From Aulosira sp. ZfuVER01 (GTDB lineage: Bacteria; Cyanobacteriota; Cyanobacteriia; Cyanobacteriales; Nostocaceae), in contig JAVRCV020000031.1 in the NCBI GenBank assembly GCA_034530615.2, positions 128,001-192,000 of the forward strand: a stretch of 64,000 nt of DNA, written 5' to 3'. The position numbers were made by a program, and so were the translations under genes. Below the pieces are notes generated by a model. The model worked only from the letters and a program-made list of their open reading frames with translations. It had not been told where the DNA came from and ran no database searches. How positions within the stretch are numbered: the stretch's first letter is position 1; each line of letters opens with the position of its first letter. Below, in pieces: positions 1 through 10,542 of this stretch.

Positions 1-3000
1 GCAGAAAGATTAATTACTACTTCTCAAACAATTACATATAAGTTCTTGCATGACCGAGTTCAGCAAGCAGCATATTCACTGATTCCTGATGAGAAAAAGA
101 AAGCAACGCACCTAAAAATTGGCCAATTACTGCTGCAAAATACTCCACCAGAGGAACGCAAAGACAAGATTTTTGCACTAGTTAATCAACTCAATTACGG
201 TGCTGACTTACTTACTTCTGAGTATGAAAAATCTGAGCTAGCCGCATTAAACTTAATTGCAGGTCAAAAAGCAAAAGCAGCAACAGCCTATGATTCGGCT
301 GTCAAATATTTAAATTTGGGTATAGAACTACTAACAGCAGATACTTGGGAAAATCAGTATGAATTAACACTAGCACTATATGTAGAAACAGTAGCGATTG
401 AATATCTCAATACTAACTTTGAAAGAGCTTCACAGCTTAGTAATGTTGTGATAGAAAACGCTAAAAGCTTACTTGAAAAAGTTCCGGTATATGAGACGCA
501 AATTCAGTTCTATATTGCTCAAAACCAAATGCAAGCAGCAATAGATACTGCTATTAACACCTTAAATATTTTAGGAGAACCCTTACCTGAAATGCCAGAA
601 GATCCTAGTATTTTGGTGCAATTGCTTGACCCAAAAACTACTTTATCTGGAAAGAGTATTGAGGAATTAGCAGACTTACCGCAGATGACCGATAGCTATA
701 AAATTGCTGCGTTGCGGCTATTAGTAACAGTAATTCCTTCTGTTTTTGTTGCTGCTCCCCATCTATGCCCATTGTTCATCATCAAAATTATTGATTTATG
801 TGTCAAATACGGTAATTCACCTGCATCTGCTTATGGCTATGTCCTGTATGGGCTAATCCTCTGTGGAGTATCTTCTAACCTTGAATCTGCATATCGACTT
901 GGGAAATTAAGCTTAAAGCTATTGGATAAAATCAATGCTAAAGAATTCAAAGCAAAAATCTATGCAGTGTATAACTTTTTTGTTAGACAGTGGAACGAAC
1001 ATTCAAGAAACACGATAGAGCCTTTTCAAGAGGGTATTCAAAGTGCGCTAGAAACTGGAGATATAGAATTAGCTTGTCGTGGTGCTACATTTTATTGCAA
1101 CTCTATCTTTTTCATGGGTGAGCCTTTAGATAAAGTTGCTCAAGAACAAGATAAATATTTCTCTCTGATTCAGAAATATGACCAAAAATTTGATATAGAT
1201 TACACCAGAATTTGGATACAAGGAGTTAAAAATTTAAAAAGTAATTTAGCACAACCAGAATTATTAGCCGGAGACTTTTTCAACGAAGAAACAGACTTAA
1301 ATATGTTGATTAACACAAACAATCACATGGCTCTGTTTTCTTACTATCTTTTAAAGAGTCAGCTATATTATTTATTTAAAAAATCTACGCTCTCCCTTGA
1401 ATATGCTAAGTTAGCGTTTCCGTACACTAAAAGTTTAGCGGGAATGATGCATATTGCCCAAACTAACTTTTACTATTCTCTTAATTTATTGGCTTCGTAT
1501 AATCAAGTTGAGCCAATACAACAAGAAGAGTATCTGAGCCAAGTATCAGCTAATCAGCAAGAAATGGAAAAATGGGTACACCACGCACCAGTAAATTTCC
1601 AGCATAAATACCAGTTAGTAGAAGCTGAGAAAGCACGAATTTTAGGACAGTATGAAAAAGCATTTGATTATTATGAACAAGCTATTAAAGGAGCAAATGA
1701 ACAGGGATATATCCAAGAAGAAGCCTTAGCAAATGAATTAGCGGCTGAGTTTAATTTGTCATTAGGTAGAGAGAAAATTGCTAAAACCTATATGACAGAT
1801 GCTTATTATAGCTATATTCGTTGGGGTGCTGTTGCGAAAGTCAAAGATTTAGAAACACGCTATCGGCAATTAATTACGATATCACCAAACATACAAAAGC
1901 TAGAAACGAATTACCAAGAACTTACTCAGGCAAATTCCACAGTTATTGGAGGTACCCATAGTCTTGATTTAATGACGGTTATGAAAGCTTCTCAAGCTCT
2001 TTCAGGGGAAATTGTTTTGAGTAAGTTGCTGGCAAAATTAATGAAAATTGTGCTGGAAAATGCTGGTGCTCAAACTGGATACTTAATTTTAGAAATAGAC
2101 GGTAATTTGCTAATAGAAGCAAAAGCAACGGTTGGGCAAGAGGATGTGATTGTTATGCAATCGCAGCCAGTATCTAAGAGCTATGAATTGCCTGTATCTA
2201 TAATTAATTATGTAGCCAGAACCCACGAAAATGTTTTATATAGCAATTCACTTTGTGAAGGAATTTTTGCCACAGATCCCTATATTTTTAACCAAAAACC
2301 TAAATCAGTCTTATGTACGCCACTTCTGCATCAAGGAAAACTCAGCGGCATTCTCTACTTAGAAAATAATCTCATAACAGAAGCATTTACCCCCAATAGA
2401 TTAGAAATTTTAAAACTCTTATCTTCTCAAGCAGCTATTTCTATTGAAAATGCTCGCCTCTACAGTGATTTAGCAGATGCTAATGCCACTTTAGAAGCCA
2501 AAGTTCAAGAGCGAACCCAGGAATTACAAGAAAAAAATGTGCATTTGCAAAAAGCAGAAGCAACAGCGCAATCTGCTAATCAGGCGAAAAGTGAGTTTTT
2601 AGCCAATATGAGCCATGAACTCCGCACACCGCTAAATGGTATTTTAGGTTATGCACAAATTCTGCAACGAGATAAAGATTTAACTACCTCTCAAAAAGAT
2701 GGATTGAATATTATTTATCAATGTGGAGATCATCTCTTAAACCTGATTAATGAAGTTTTGGATCTATCCAAAATAGAAGCGCGCAAAATGGAATTGTATT
2801 CATCAGAGTTTCATTTTCCAGAATTTCTGGAAGGAATTGCAGAAATTTGTCGAATTCGTGCGCAACAAAAAGGCATTGAATTAATTTATCAGCCAATAGC
2901 AAACTTACCTCAAGGAGTGAAAGCTGATGAAAAACGGTTGCGGCAAGTTTTAATTAATTTACTTGGTAATGCTGTGAAGTTTACAGAAGCCGGTGCAGTA

Positions 3001-3948
3001 ACTTTAAAAGTTGGCTATCACAATCATCAGATTCGGTTTCAGGTAGAAGATACAGGAGTGGGTATGGCTCCTGAACAATTAGAAGATATATTTTTGCCTT
3101 TTCATCAAGTAGGTGAAAATAATCGCAAAGTAGAAGGTACAGGCTTAGGATTATCTATTAGTCGCAGATTAGTAGAAATGATGGGAGGAGAAATTCAAGT
3201 TCAAAGTACCTTAGGTAAAGGTAGCGTCTTCTTTTTTGATTTGGAACTGCCGATAGTCGCTCAATCTCCAGAGTCAGTAAAAGCAGCCATTCAAAATATT
3301 ATCGGTTATAAAGGTAAAAAACGCACAATCATTGTAGCTGACGATCGCTGGGAAAATCGATTAATCTTAGTGAAGATGCTAGCTACGCTAGGATTTGAAA
3401 TTGTAGAAGCGGTTGATGGGCAAGATTGCTTAAATAAAGCGGCAGAATTACCGACAGATTGCATATTAATGGACTTGATGATGCCAACTCTCAGCGGTTT
3501 AGAAGCAACCCGGAGAATTAGGCGATCGCCTGAACTTAAGCATATTATAGTTCTGGGAACTTCTGCGAGTGTCTTTGATTTCGATCAACAAAAAAGTAAA
3601 GAAATCGGCTGTAACGACTTTATCCCTAAACCAATTCGGATACAAGATTTATTAACCCAATTACAAATTTATTTAGAATTGGAATGGATTTATGAAGATG
3701 AACCAGCAATCCCGAATCAATCTCAATCTATTGTTGGGGAGCAAATCTTGATATTTCCCTCATCTGGGGAAATAGCTACTTTGTTAAAGTTAGCATGGCA
3801 AGGTGATTTAAAAGGAATTATGGAGCAAGCATCTCACTTGCAACAATCTAATGTTGAATATGTTCCTTTCTTCCAAGAATTACAGCAACTAGCCAAAGGC
3901 TTTCAAATTAAAAAAATTCGTGAATTTCTCAAAAGTGCAGGCAATTAA
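1..3948 (+). CDS. Hybrid sensor kinase, C-terminal part (helical/TPR-like region, GAF, HisKA, HATPase, REC); probably an HstK-type Ser/Thr kinase-AAA-His kinase truncated by the window start
   Basis: Frame is open from base 1 ([16 protein letters not shown], typical of the family). GAF LYLENN, H-box [41 protein letters not shown]. Confidence 0.9.
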   Translation, partial: AERLITTSQTITYKFLHDRVQQAAYSLIPDEKKKATHLKIGQLLLQNTPPEERKDKIFALVNQLNYGADLLTSEYEKSELAALNLIAGQKAKAATAYDSAVKYLNLGIELLTADTWENQYELTLALYVETVAIEYLNTNFERASQLSNVVIENAKSLLEKVPVYETQIQFYIAQNQMQAAIDTAINTLNILGEPLPEMPEDPSILVQLLDPKTTLSGKSIEELADLPQMTDSYKIAALRLLVTVIPSVFVAAPHLCPLFIIKIIDLCVKYGNSPASAYGYVLYGLILCGVSSNLESAYRLGKLSLKLLDKINAKEFKAKIYAVYNFFVRQWNEHSRNTIEPFQEGIQSALETGDIELACRGATFYCNSIFFMGEPLDKVAQEQDKYFSLIQKYDQKFDIDYTRIWIQGVKNLKSNLAQPELLAGDFFNEETDLNMLINTNNHMALFSYYLLKSQLYYLFKKSTLSLEYAKLAFPYTKSLAGMMHIAQTNFYYSLNLLASYNQVEPIQQEEYLSQVSANQQEMEKWVHHAPVNFQHKYQLVEAEKARILGQYEKAFDYYEQAIKGANEQGYIQEEALANELAAEFNLSLGREKIAKTYMTDAYYSYIRWGAVAKVKDLETRYRQLITISPNIQKLETNYQELTQANSTVIGGTHSLDLMTVMKASQALSGEIVLSKLLAKLMKIVLENAGAQTGYLILEIDGNLLIEAKATVGQEDVIVMQSQPVSKSYELPVSIINYVARTHENVLYSNSLCEGIFATDPYIFNQKPKSVLCTPLLHQGKLSGILYLENNLITEAFTPNRLEILKLLSSQAAISIENARLYSDLADANATLEAKVQERTQELQEKNVHLQKAEATAQSANQAKSEFLANMSHELRTPLNGILGYAQILQRDKDLTTSQKDGLNIIYQCGDHLLNLINEVLDLSKIEARKMELYSSEFHFPEFLEGIAEICRIRAQQKGIELIYQPIANLPQGVKADEKRLRQVLINLLGNAVKFTEAGAVTLKVGYHNHQIRFQVEDTGVGMAPEQLEDIFLPFHQVGENNRKVEGTGLGLSISRRLVEMMGGEIQVQSTLGKGSVFFFDLELPIVAQSPESVKAAIQNIIGYKGKKRTIIVADDRWENRLILVKMLATLGFEIVEAVDGQDCLNKAAELPTDCILMDLMMPTLSGLEATRRIRRSPELKHIIVLGTSASVFDFDQQKSKEIGCNDFIPKPIRIQDLLTQLQIYLELEWIYEDEPAIPNQSQSIVGEQILIFPSSGEIATLLKLAWQGDLKGIMEQASHLQQSNVEYVPFFQELQQLAKGFQIKKIREFLKSAGN

Positions 3949-3950
3949 TC

Positions 3951-5495
3951 ATGACTAAGAACAATACTGCAAACAACATTATTTTAATTGTTGATGATAC
4001 TCCGACTAATTTAGGAGTCCTGTTTGAGTTTTTAGCTGATTCAGGTTTTCAAGTGTTAGTTGCCGAAGATGGTGAAGATGCTATTGAACAGATGGAATAT
4101 GTTTTGCCCGATCTAATTTTATTAGATGTAATTATGCCGGGTATGGATGGCTTTGAAACCTGTCGTCATTTAAAAGAAAAAGCAATTACAAAAGATATTC
4201 CGATAATTTTCATGACGGCATTATCAGAAACCGTAGATAAAGTCAAAGGCTTAAGTCTTGGGGCTGTAGACTACATCACTAAGCCGTTGCAACATGAAGA
4301 AGTTTTAGCTCGCGTTCAAATTCATTTGAGGCTGCGAAATTTGACTAAAACATTACAAGATTATTCTCTACGTTTAGAACAGGAAATTCAAGAGCGTTTA
4401 AAAGTAGAACAAGAAATTTTATTGTTAAATGCTGAATTAGAAAAACGTGTAGAAGTCAGAACATCTGAACTTCAACAAGCAAATCAACAACTGCAACAGG
4501 AAGTGCGCGAAAGGATTTTAACAGAGCAAGCCTTGCAACAATCAGAATCTCGTTATCGAGTACAAGCTAATCAATTAGAAGTTGCTTTTCGCCAATTGCA
4601 AGAAACTCAAAGCCAGTTAGTACAAAGTGAGAAAATGTCTAGTTTAGGGCAACTGGTAGCAGGGGTTGCTCATGAAATTAATAACCCTGTTAACTTCGTC
4701 TATGGAAACTTAACTTATGCGAGTCAATACACTCAAGATTTGCTCTATCTCTTGCATTTGTATGATAAATATACTCCTGAGCCAGCATCAGAAATCAAAG
4801 AGCAGCTAGAGGTAATAGATCTAGAATTTTTAATTACAGACTTGCCAAAACTTCTATCTTCTATGAAAATTGGTGCTGAACGCATTCGGGAAATTATTCA
4901 GTCATTAAAGAACTTTTCTCGGATTGATGAAGCAGAAATGAAGCCAGTAAATATTCATGATGGATTAGATAGTACACTCCTAATTTTGCATAATCGACTG
5001 AAAGCTCATACAAATTACTCTGGTATTAAAGTTATCAAAGAGTATGGTAATTTACCTTTAGTAGAATGTTACCCCGGACAACTCAATCAAGTATTTATGA
5101 ATTTGATTGCCAATGCGATCGATTCTTTAGAAGAGTCTGAAAAACAGCAAAATTCACAAAATACTCAGGTCGAAACCAGCCAGATTATCATTCGTACTAA
5201 AGTGATTGACAATGATTTTGTTTCTATTCAAATTACAGATAATGGATTAGGAATGTCTGAATATGTTTGCCAACACCTTTTTAATCCCTTTTTTACGACA
5301 AAACCGGCTGGTAAAGGAACAGGTTTAGGATTGAGTATTAGTTACCAAATTATCTCAAAACATGGGGGATGGTTGCAGTGTATTTCCGCACCTGGTGAAG
5401 GGGCGGAATTTATTATTACCATTCCTGTGCGACATCATTCTTCAGAATTTGCTTGTTTATTACCACTTGCTTTAGATAGCGCTACCTCTGGCTAA
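3951..5495 (+). CDS. Hybrid response regulator/histidine kinase (REC, coiled coil, HisKA, HATPase)
   Basis: ILIVDD, ILLDVIMPGMDGF, VAHEINNP, NLIANAID, GKGTGLGL. Starts 2 nt after the upstream kinase stop. Confidence 0.9.
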   Translation: MTKNNTANNIILIVDDTPTNLGVLFEFLADSGFQVLVAEDGEDAIEQMEYVLPDLILLDVIMPGMDGFETCRHLKEKAITKDIPIIFMTALSETVDKVKGLSLGAVDYITKPLQHEEVLARVQIHLRLRNLTKTLQDYSLRLEQEIQERLKVEQEILLLNAELEKRVEVRTSELQQANQQLQQEVRERILTEQALQQSESRYRVQANQLEVAFRQLQETQSQLVQSEKMSSLGQLVAGVAHEINNPVNFVYGNLTYASQYTQDLLYLLHLYDKYTPEPASEIKEQLEVIDLEFLITDLPKLLSSMKIGAERIREIIQSLKNFSRIDEAEMKPVNIHDGLDSTLLILHNRLKAHTNYSGIKVIKEYGNLPLVECYPGQLNQVFMNLIANAIDSLEESEKQQNSQNTQVETSQIIIRTKVIDNDFVSIQITDNGLGMSEYVCQHLFNPFFTTKPAGKGTGLGLSISYQIISKHGGWLQCISAPGEGAEFIITIPVRHHSSEFACLLPLALDSATSG

Positions 5496-5529
5496 CGGAT
5501 TAATCAAGAATTACTATAAGAGATAAAGG

Positions 5530-5556
5530 TGTTGGGTCAAAAAATGAGACCCAACC
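5530..5556 (+). terminator. Hairpin downstream of the kinase operon
   Basis: gttgggtc-N9-gacccaac; no strong U-tract. Confidence 0.4.
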
Positions 5557-5587
5557 TTGTATCTTAAATGAAGTAGTATTTATAACC

Positions 5588-5711
5588 CAATACAGTTTAT
5601 TTAAGCTGGAATGAATGACATAGTAGGGGCACAATACCCAAAATATTTATCACAACTAGGCAATCTTACTAGCGCCGTGCCCCTACAAAGATCCTTAACT
5701 GAAACTTATTG
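5588..5711. repeat. Nested REP/MITE-like dispersed repeat
   Basis: Inner IR gtaggggcac (5623-5632) / gtgcccctac (5677-5686). Outer imperfect IR caatacagtttatttaag / cttaactgaaacttattg. Confidence 0.65.
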
Positions 5712-6050
5712 AAGCATAAGGTTTTGCGATCGCAATAATTTTTAACCTAATTGGTATAAAAACACACATAAAACTTAATACAGAATCATCCAATTGTGAC
5801 CATTGTTAGGTTGGAATTTGGGTATTCTTGGAATAGAGGAAAACAGCTTCAACTGGAGACTGTTCCCTTAGCTCATAATCTTTGTACCCTAAACTGTAGA
5901 TTGTGATTGTGCGATCGCCATCACTTAGCTATCAGATTCAAATCACAGAGAATATCATCGGTTATCACTTAGCTTTTATACAAAATAAATAATACTAATA
6001 ACTGCAATAAGCCTCGGTTATCACTTGGCGATTGTGGAGAGTAACTATAT

Positions 6051-6203
6051 ATGATCGAAAAATTCTTATTGGCTGTTGGCCTAACGTTTAGTCTTAGTTT
6101 ATTTACAGGAATGAATTGGTCTGCTCCTAGCCATACAACTGGTAGCATCAACCTCAATAATTATCAAGCATTTACCGTTCCTAGCTTACTTAGTACTTAT
6201 TAA
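6051..6203 (+). CDS. Small 50-aa putative secreted/membrane protein (not in the ORF track)
   Basis: MIEKFLLAVGLTFSLSLFTGMNWSAPS...STY*. GGAGA RBS about 10 nt upstream; signal-peptide-like N-terminus. Confidence 0.55.
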   Translation: MIEKFLLAVGLTFSLSLFTGMNWSAPSHTTGSINLNNYQAFTVPSLLSTY

Positions 6204-6307
6204 TACTAAATGTGGCGAATGGCTGAGATTATTCATATCATAGGCTGAAGTATAAATATATCTCAGATAAAACTAATTACTGAGTAATAAATATTGCTAT
6301 CAAGAAT

Positions 6308-7078
6308 ATGAAAAGCCAAATTCTAGCCACAACCGTATTTTTAACCACAATCAGCTTGACAACGAGCGTCCAAGCAGCAAATTCTGAACATATTAGACAG
6401 TTATTAGCAACTAAACAATGTCAAAACTGTGACCTGGTAAATGCAGGTTTAGTATTGGCTGACTTATCTGGAGCCAATTTAAGCGGAGCCAATCTCGCGG
6501 GTGCTAACCTTAGCCGTGCAAACTTGACTGGTGCTGATTTGCGGGGTGCAAACTTGACTGGTGCTAGTTTATTCGGCGTGAACCTAAGCGCTGCTAAACT
6601 CGCTGGGGCAAATTTGGCAAATGCAGACTTAAGAAATTCCTATCTAGCAAATGCAGAATTAACTGGTGTCAACCTGAATAGCACTTATCTTCAAGGCGCA
6701 GTTGGTATACCATCGCAAATTGCTACAGCAGAAGAGTTTTATGCTTGGGGCGTAGCAGAAGCCCAAAAAGGTAATACACCGCAAGCAATTGAGTATTTTA
6801 ATCAAGCGATCGCTACAAAAACCGGGTACGCAGAAGCTTACTTAGCTCGTGGTGTTGCTCGTTACCAAATCTTGGATAGACAAGGTGCATTCCAAGATGC
6901 TCAACTTGCTGGCAAAATTTTCACAGAGCAAAAAAATGCTCCTGGTATCCAAACAGCACAAGCTTTTATCAAAGAACTACAAACACCCCCAGATGGTAAA
7001 GTCAATGTTGGCAAACCTAGTTTTGTTGACTTTTTGGGTAGTCTTGGCTCAGTCTTGCTTCAGTTCTTCCCCTTTTAG
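6308..7078 (+). CDS. Secreted pentapeptide-repeat protein with C-terminal TPR
   Basis: Signal peptide (VQA), CQNCDL, A(N/D)LXX repeats, TPR-like EAYLARG. Confidence 0.9.
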   Translation: MKSQILATTVFLTTISLTTSVQAANSEHIRQLLATKQCQNCDLVNAGLVLADLSGANLSGANLAGANLSRANLTGADLRGANLTGASLFGVNLSAAKLAGANLANADLRNSYLANAELTGVNLNSTYLQGAVGIPSQIATAEEFYAWGVAEAQKGNTPQAIEYFNQAIATKTGYAEAYLARGVARYQILDRQGAFQDAQLAGKIFTEQKNAPGIQTAQAFIKELQTPPDGKVNVGKPSFVDFLGSLGSVLLQFFPF

Positions 7079-7146
7079 GGGATGAGGAAGATAAGGAGAC
7101 GCAGCGTCCACCGCACTGCATCCTAAATTTATTTATGCAGTACAAG

Positions 7147-7186
7147 TTTTGAATTTTGAATTTTGAATTCGGAGCGAAGCGACGTG
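7147..7186. repeat. (TTTTGAA)3 heptamer array plus short dispersed-repeat tail abutting the tenA start
   Basis: ttttgaa ttttgaa ttttgaa ttcggagcgaagcgacgtg. Confidence 0.6.
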
Positions 7187-7804
7187 ACCCTATCCATTGA
7201 ATTATGGACAGCAAATCAAGATTTAGCCCAAGCTTGTCTAGAGCATCCTTTTGTTCAAAGCATTGCTGATGGTAGCCTTGCGCCAAAAAAATTTGCCTAC
7301 TATGTAGGACAAGATGCTTTTTTCTTAAAAGCTTTTGCCCGTGCTTACAGCATCGCCGCAGCTAAAGCACCAGACTGGCTAGGATTCACTACATTTCACG
7401 CCCTAGCTGATGGAGTTTTGCAGGAACTACGGCTACATGAAAGCTATGCTGCTGAATGGGGAGTCAATTTACATTCTGTAGAGCCAGGAGCAGCTACCCG
7501 TCGCTATACAGATTTTTTATTAGCTACCGCTTGGGGTGGGGATGTAGGTTTAACAGCTGCGGCGATGTCCCCATGTATGCGCCTGTATGCTTTTTTGGGA
7601 GAACAGTTAGCTGTTGATGGTATTCCCGATCATCGATATGCAAACTGGATTCGGACTTACAGCAGTGCGGATTTTCAGCCTTTGGCAGAACAATTAGAAA
7701 GTTTAGTTGACAATTACGCTAACGCTACACCGTTGGTACACTCTACCTATCGTTATGCTATGTTTTGTGAACGTGACTTTTTTCAAGCTGCGTTGACATT
7801 ATAG
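7184..7804 (+). CDS. tenA: TenA/THI-4 family protein (thiaminase II-like)
   Basis: HPFV, YVGQDAFFL, catalytic PCMRLY, WIRTYS, E..FF. Likely GTG start at 7184. Confidence 0.85.
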   Translation: MTLSIELWTANQDLAQACLEHPFVQSIADGSLAPKKFAYYVGQDAFFLKAFARAYSIAAAKAPDWLGFTTFHALADGVLQELRLHESYAAEWGVNLHSVEPGAATRRYTDFLLATAWGGDVGLTAAAMSPCMRLYAFLGEQLAVDGIPDHRYANWIRTYSSADFQPLAEQLESLVDNYANATPLVHSTYRYAMFCERDFFQAALTL

Positions 7805-7836
7805 TAGTTTGGGTTGGGCTATGGGCGATCGCAAAT

Positions 7837-7859
7837 TTATGAGTCAACTATACTCATAA
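7837..7859. promoter_or_regulatory. Palindromic operator upstream of the TA operon
   Basis: ttatgagt-N7-actcataa, a perfect 8-bp IR overlapping -10-like hexamers, about 27 nt before the ATG. Confidence 0.5.
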
Positions 7860-7885
7860 TATACTTATACATTTGACCACCTTTT

Positions 7886-8401
7886 ATGAGCCAAGCGGGA
7901 GAAACAAAACGGCAAAACTTCAATGTTTTACCTGAACAAGAAGCACAGATTGAGTGGCTGCGAGTAGCAATGGGTGCAGCAACGACTAAAGAAACTATTC
8001 TGCGATCAATTTCTGTGATGGCTGTCCTCCACAATTATATACAACAAGGCTATCAAATCCGACTTGTGACATCAGGCGAACAAATCCATTTGGTAATTCC
8101 AGAATTAGAGCCAACCGCACAGTCTATTTGGCAATATCTGGTATCGCGTCCCCATCCTTGGCGAAAACAATTATACGTAAAAGGGCGACGGCTGTTAGCT
8201 TCCACTGTTTGGCAAGATATGCGGTTGAATAATCTTTCTCCTGAAGAAGCATCGGAAAATTTTACTCTACCTATCGCGGCTGTTAACGAAATCATTCGCT
8301 ACTGTGAAGCTAATTACGAACTCATCAAGATGGAAGCAGAAGAAGAGCGTTATCGTCTAGAACAGCAAGGAGTGAGAGTTGAGTCTCAGACTGTTGGTTG
8401 A
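7886..8401 (+). CDS. Putative antitoxin: N-terminal RHH-like domain plus C-terminal DUF433-like HTH
   Basis: WQYLVSRPHPWRKQLYVKGRRLLASTVW...SPEEASENFTLP is DUF433-like. Overlaps the downstream PIN gene. Confidence 0.7.
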   Translation: MSQAGETKRQNFNVLPEQEAQIEWLRVAMGAATTKETILRSISVMAVLHNYIQQGYQIRLVTSGEQIHLVIPELEPTAQSIWQYLVSRPHPWRKQLYVKGRRLLASTVWQDMRLNNLSPEEASENFTLPIAAVNEIIRYCEANYELIKMEAEEERYRLEQQGVRVESQTVG

Positions 8402-8738
8402 TGAGGATACTCAAGCACGTCGTCTTGTTGAGATGTTGCGAGCAGATAAGCACGATGTATTAACCATTGGCGAAGCTGGGATAACTGGTATCCCAGATGT
8501 ATTAGTAATGGAAATGGCTCGAACTCAACAGCGTATCTTGCTAACTCGCAACTGTAATGATTTTTTAGAATTACATCAAGCAAACTCAGACCATTCAGGA
8601 ATTCTAGCAATATACCAGGACGCTGAACCTACAAAAAGTATGAGTTACGCTGCGATAGTTAAGGCGATCGCAAATTTAGAAAATACAACTTTATCTCTGG
8701 TAGGGCAGTTTATAGTTTTGAATCAGTACAACTGGTAG
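8379..8738 (+). CDS. DUF5615/VapC45-like PIN-domain toxin
   Basis: LRLLVDED, HDVLT, D..V, RILLTRNCNDF, HSGIL motifs. Confidence 0.85.
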   Translation: MSLRLLVDEDTQARRLVEMLRADKHDVLTIGEAGITGIPDVLVMEMARTQQRILLTRNCNDFLELHQANSDHSGILAIYQDAEPTKSMSYAAIVKAIANLENTTLSLVGQFIVLNQYNW

Positions 8739-8750
8739 ATTATGGTGGTA

Positions 8751-8796
8751 ATGACTATAGTTGGGTTTTCCTTTAGCGCACGCCAACTATAGTCAT
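8751..8796. terminator. 14-bp inverted repeat after the TA operon
   Basis: atgactatagttgg-N18-ccaactatagtcat. Confidence 0.5.
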
Positions 8797-8913
8797 CATG
8801 ATTAACCAACAGCTATTTTTTCTGCTTCCACTCCATCGTTACTTCCCAGTTAGCTAATTTTTATTTTTAGCAGTTATAATTACAGGTGCTTGTTGCTAAA
8901 TAGTATACGATTT

Positions 8914-9201
8914 ATGGGTGACACTAATACTGAATATACAGCCAGACTTGATGAGATGATTAGGCAAGGAAAGCTAAAAGCAGAATATAAAAACATACTA
9001 TTAGAAATCGCTGACCTTGGAAGCAAGGCTTGTAATTTAGGGCTAATTTCTGGTCTTGGGTGGAGGGAAGATGCTAATCAAGTCGTTCTTAATGAATACG
9101 AAATACTCGATCAAAAAGGCAATTTTTTGTATTTAACCTTGTCAGAAACCCGTGATTACCTTCAGAAGTTAATTGCAGATTTACAGGTAAGTAATTTGTA
9201 A
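8914..9201 (+). CDS. Hypothetical protein
   Basis: ORF of ~95 aa from the ATG at 8914; protein-like composition. Confidence 0.55.
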   Translation: MGDTNTEYTARLDEMIRQGKLKAEYKNILLEIADLGSKACNLGLISGLGWREDANQVVLNEYEILDQKGNFLYLTLSETRDYLQKLIADLQVSNL

Positions 9202-9226
9202 AAAATTTGAAATTTTTATATAAAAA

Positions 9227-9243
9227 GGTGGGCATTGCCCACC
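9227..9243. repeat. REP-like palindrome between convergent genes
   Basis: ggtgggca-t-tgcccacc. Confidence 0.55.
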
Positions 9244-9248
9244 CGAAG

Positions 9249-10511
9249 TTAAGAAAATATTCCAGCAAAAAAGTCAAGAGTATCCTTCAGTGCTTTGATA
9301 AAAATATCAATTTCCTCACGGGTATTGTAAAAATATAAACTTGCCCGTGCGGTTGCCGCAACATTTAAGTAACGGTGTAATGGTTGAGTGCAGTGATGTC
9401 CAGAACGAATAGCAACGCCTTCTTGATCTAATAATGTAGATAAGTCGTTAGCGTGGACATCTGGTGTTGTAAATGATGCTAAAGCAGCTCTACCTTCACC
9501 ATTAGCATCTGGTTTCGGCCCGTAAATTTGAATTTGAGGAATTTGCTCTAATTGTTGAAACAAATAAGCTGTTAATTCGGCTTCATAAGCATGAATTTTA
9601 TCCATGCCTATACTACTAAGATAATCTACTGCTGCACCAAGAGCGATCGCTTCTCCAATTGCAGGTGTACCCGCTTCAAATTTATGGGGTAATTCTGCAT
9701 AAGTAGAATGGTCTAAATATACCTCAGCAATCATCTCACCACCACCGAAAAATGGTGGCATTGATTCTAAGAGTTCTAATTTGCCATACAAAAAGCCTAT
9801 CCCAGTCGGGGCACACATTTTATGACCGGAGGCGACTAACCAATCACAGTCTATTTTCTGCACGTCGATAGGCATATGAGGGACACTTTGACAAGCATCC
9901 ACTAAGAATTTCGCACCGTATCTGTGAGCGATCGCAGCAATTTCTTGCACTGGATTTATGCAACCCAAAGTGTTAGAAACATGAACTACTGCTACTAATT
10001 TAGTTTTATCAGAAATCAGTCTTTTGAACTGTTCTAAATCAAAAGTTTGTTCTGATGTCAGTTCAACAAATTTCAGTACCGCACCCGTTTTTTGCGCCAC
10101 AAATTGCCAAGGAACTATATTACTGTGGTGTTCCATCACCGACAGAATAATTTCATCTCTTGGCTGTAAATTATTCATTCCCCAGCTGTAAGCTACCAAA
10201 TTAATCGCCTCACTCGCATTGCGAGTGTAGACAATTTCCTGGCGCGATGCAGCATTTATAAATTTTGCAACTTTATCTCTAGCGCCTTCATAAGCATCAG
10301 TAGCTTGAGCGCTGAGAATATGAGCACCTCGATGGACGTTGGCATTATACTGCTGGTAATAATCTCGCAGGGTATTTAACACCTGGAGAGGTTTTTGGGA
10401 AGTAGCAGCATTATCTAGGTAAACTAAGGGTTTACCGTTAACCTCCTGATGCAAAATCGGGAAGTCAGCACGAACTAAATCGGCTAGGGTTTTGGTAGAA
10501 GTAAAAGTCAT
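9249..10511 (-). CDS. sufS: Cysteine desulfurase SufS
   Basis: [14 protein letters not shown]-lysine SGHKM, RSGHHCT; suf operon context. Confidence 0.97.
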   Translation of the reverse strand: MTFTSTKTLADLVRADFPILHQEVNGKPLVYLDNAATSQKPLQVLNTLRDYYQQYNANVHRGAHILSAQATDAYEGARDKVAKFINAASRQEIVYTRNASEAINLVAYSWGMNNLQPRDEIILSVMEHHSNIVPWQFVAQKTGAVLKFVELTSEQTFDLEQFKRLISDKTKLVAVVHVSNTLGCINPVQEIAAIAHRYGAKFLVDACQSVPHMPIDVQKIDCDWLVASGHKMCAPTGIGFLYGKLELLESMPPFFGGGEMIAEVYLDHSTYAELPHKFEAGTPAIGEAIALGAAVDYLSSIGMDKIHAYEAELTAYLFQQLEQIPQIQIYGPKPDANGEGRAALASFTTPDVHANDLSTLLDQEGVAIRSGHHCTQPLHRYLNVAATARASLYFYNTREEIDIFIKALKDTLDFFAGIFS

Positions 10512-10542
10512 TGGTAATTAATTAGTCATTCGTCATTTGTCA

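Noticed and set aside
5969..6157. 62-aa minus-strand ORF
   Set aside because: Antisense shadow of the better-supported plus-strand 50-aa ORF.
7079..7183. TPP riboswitch upstream of tenA
   Set aside because: No CUGAGA/ACCUGA TPP consensus; the region is repeat-derived.
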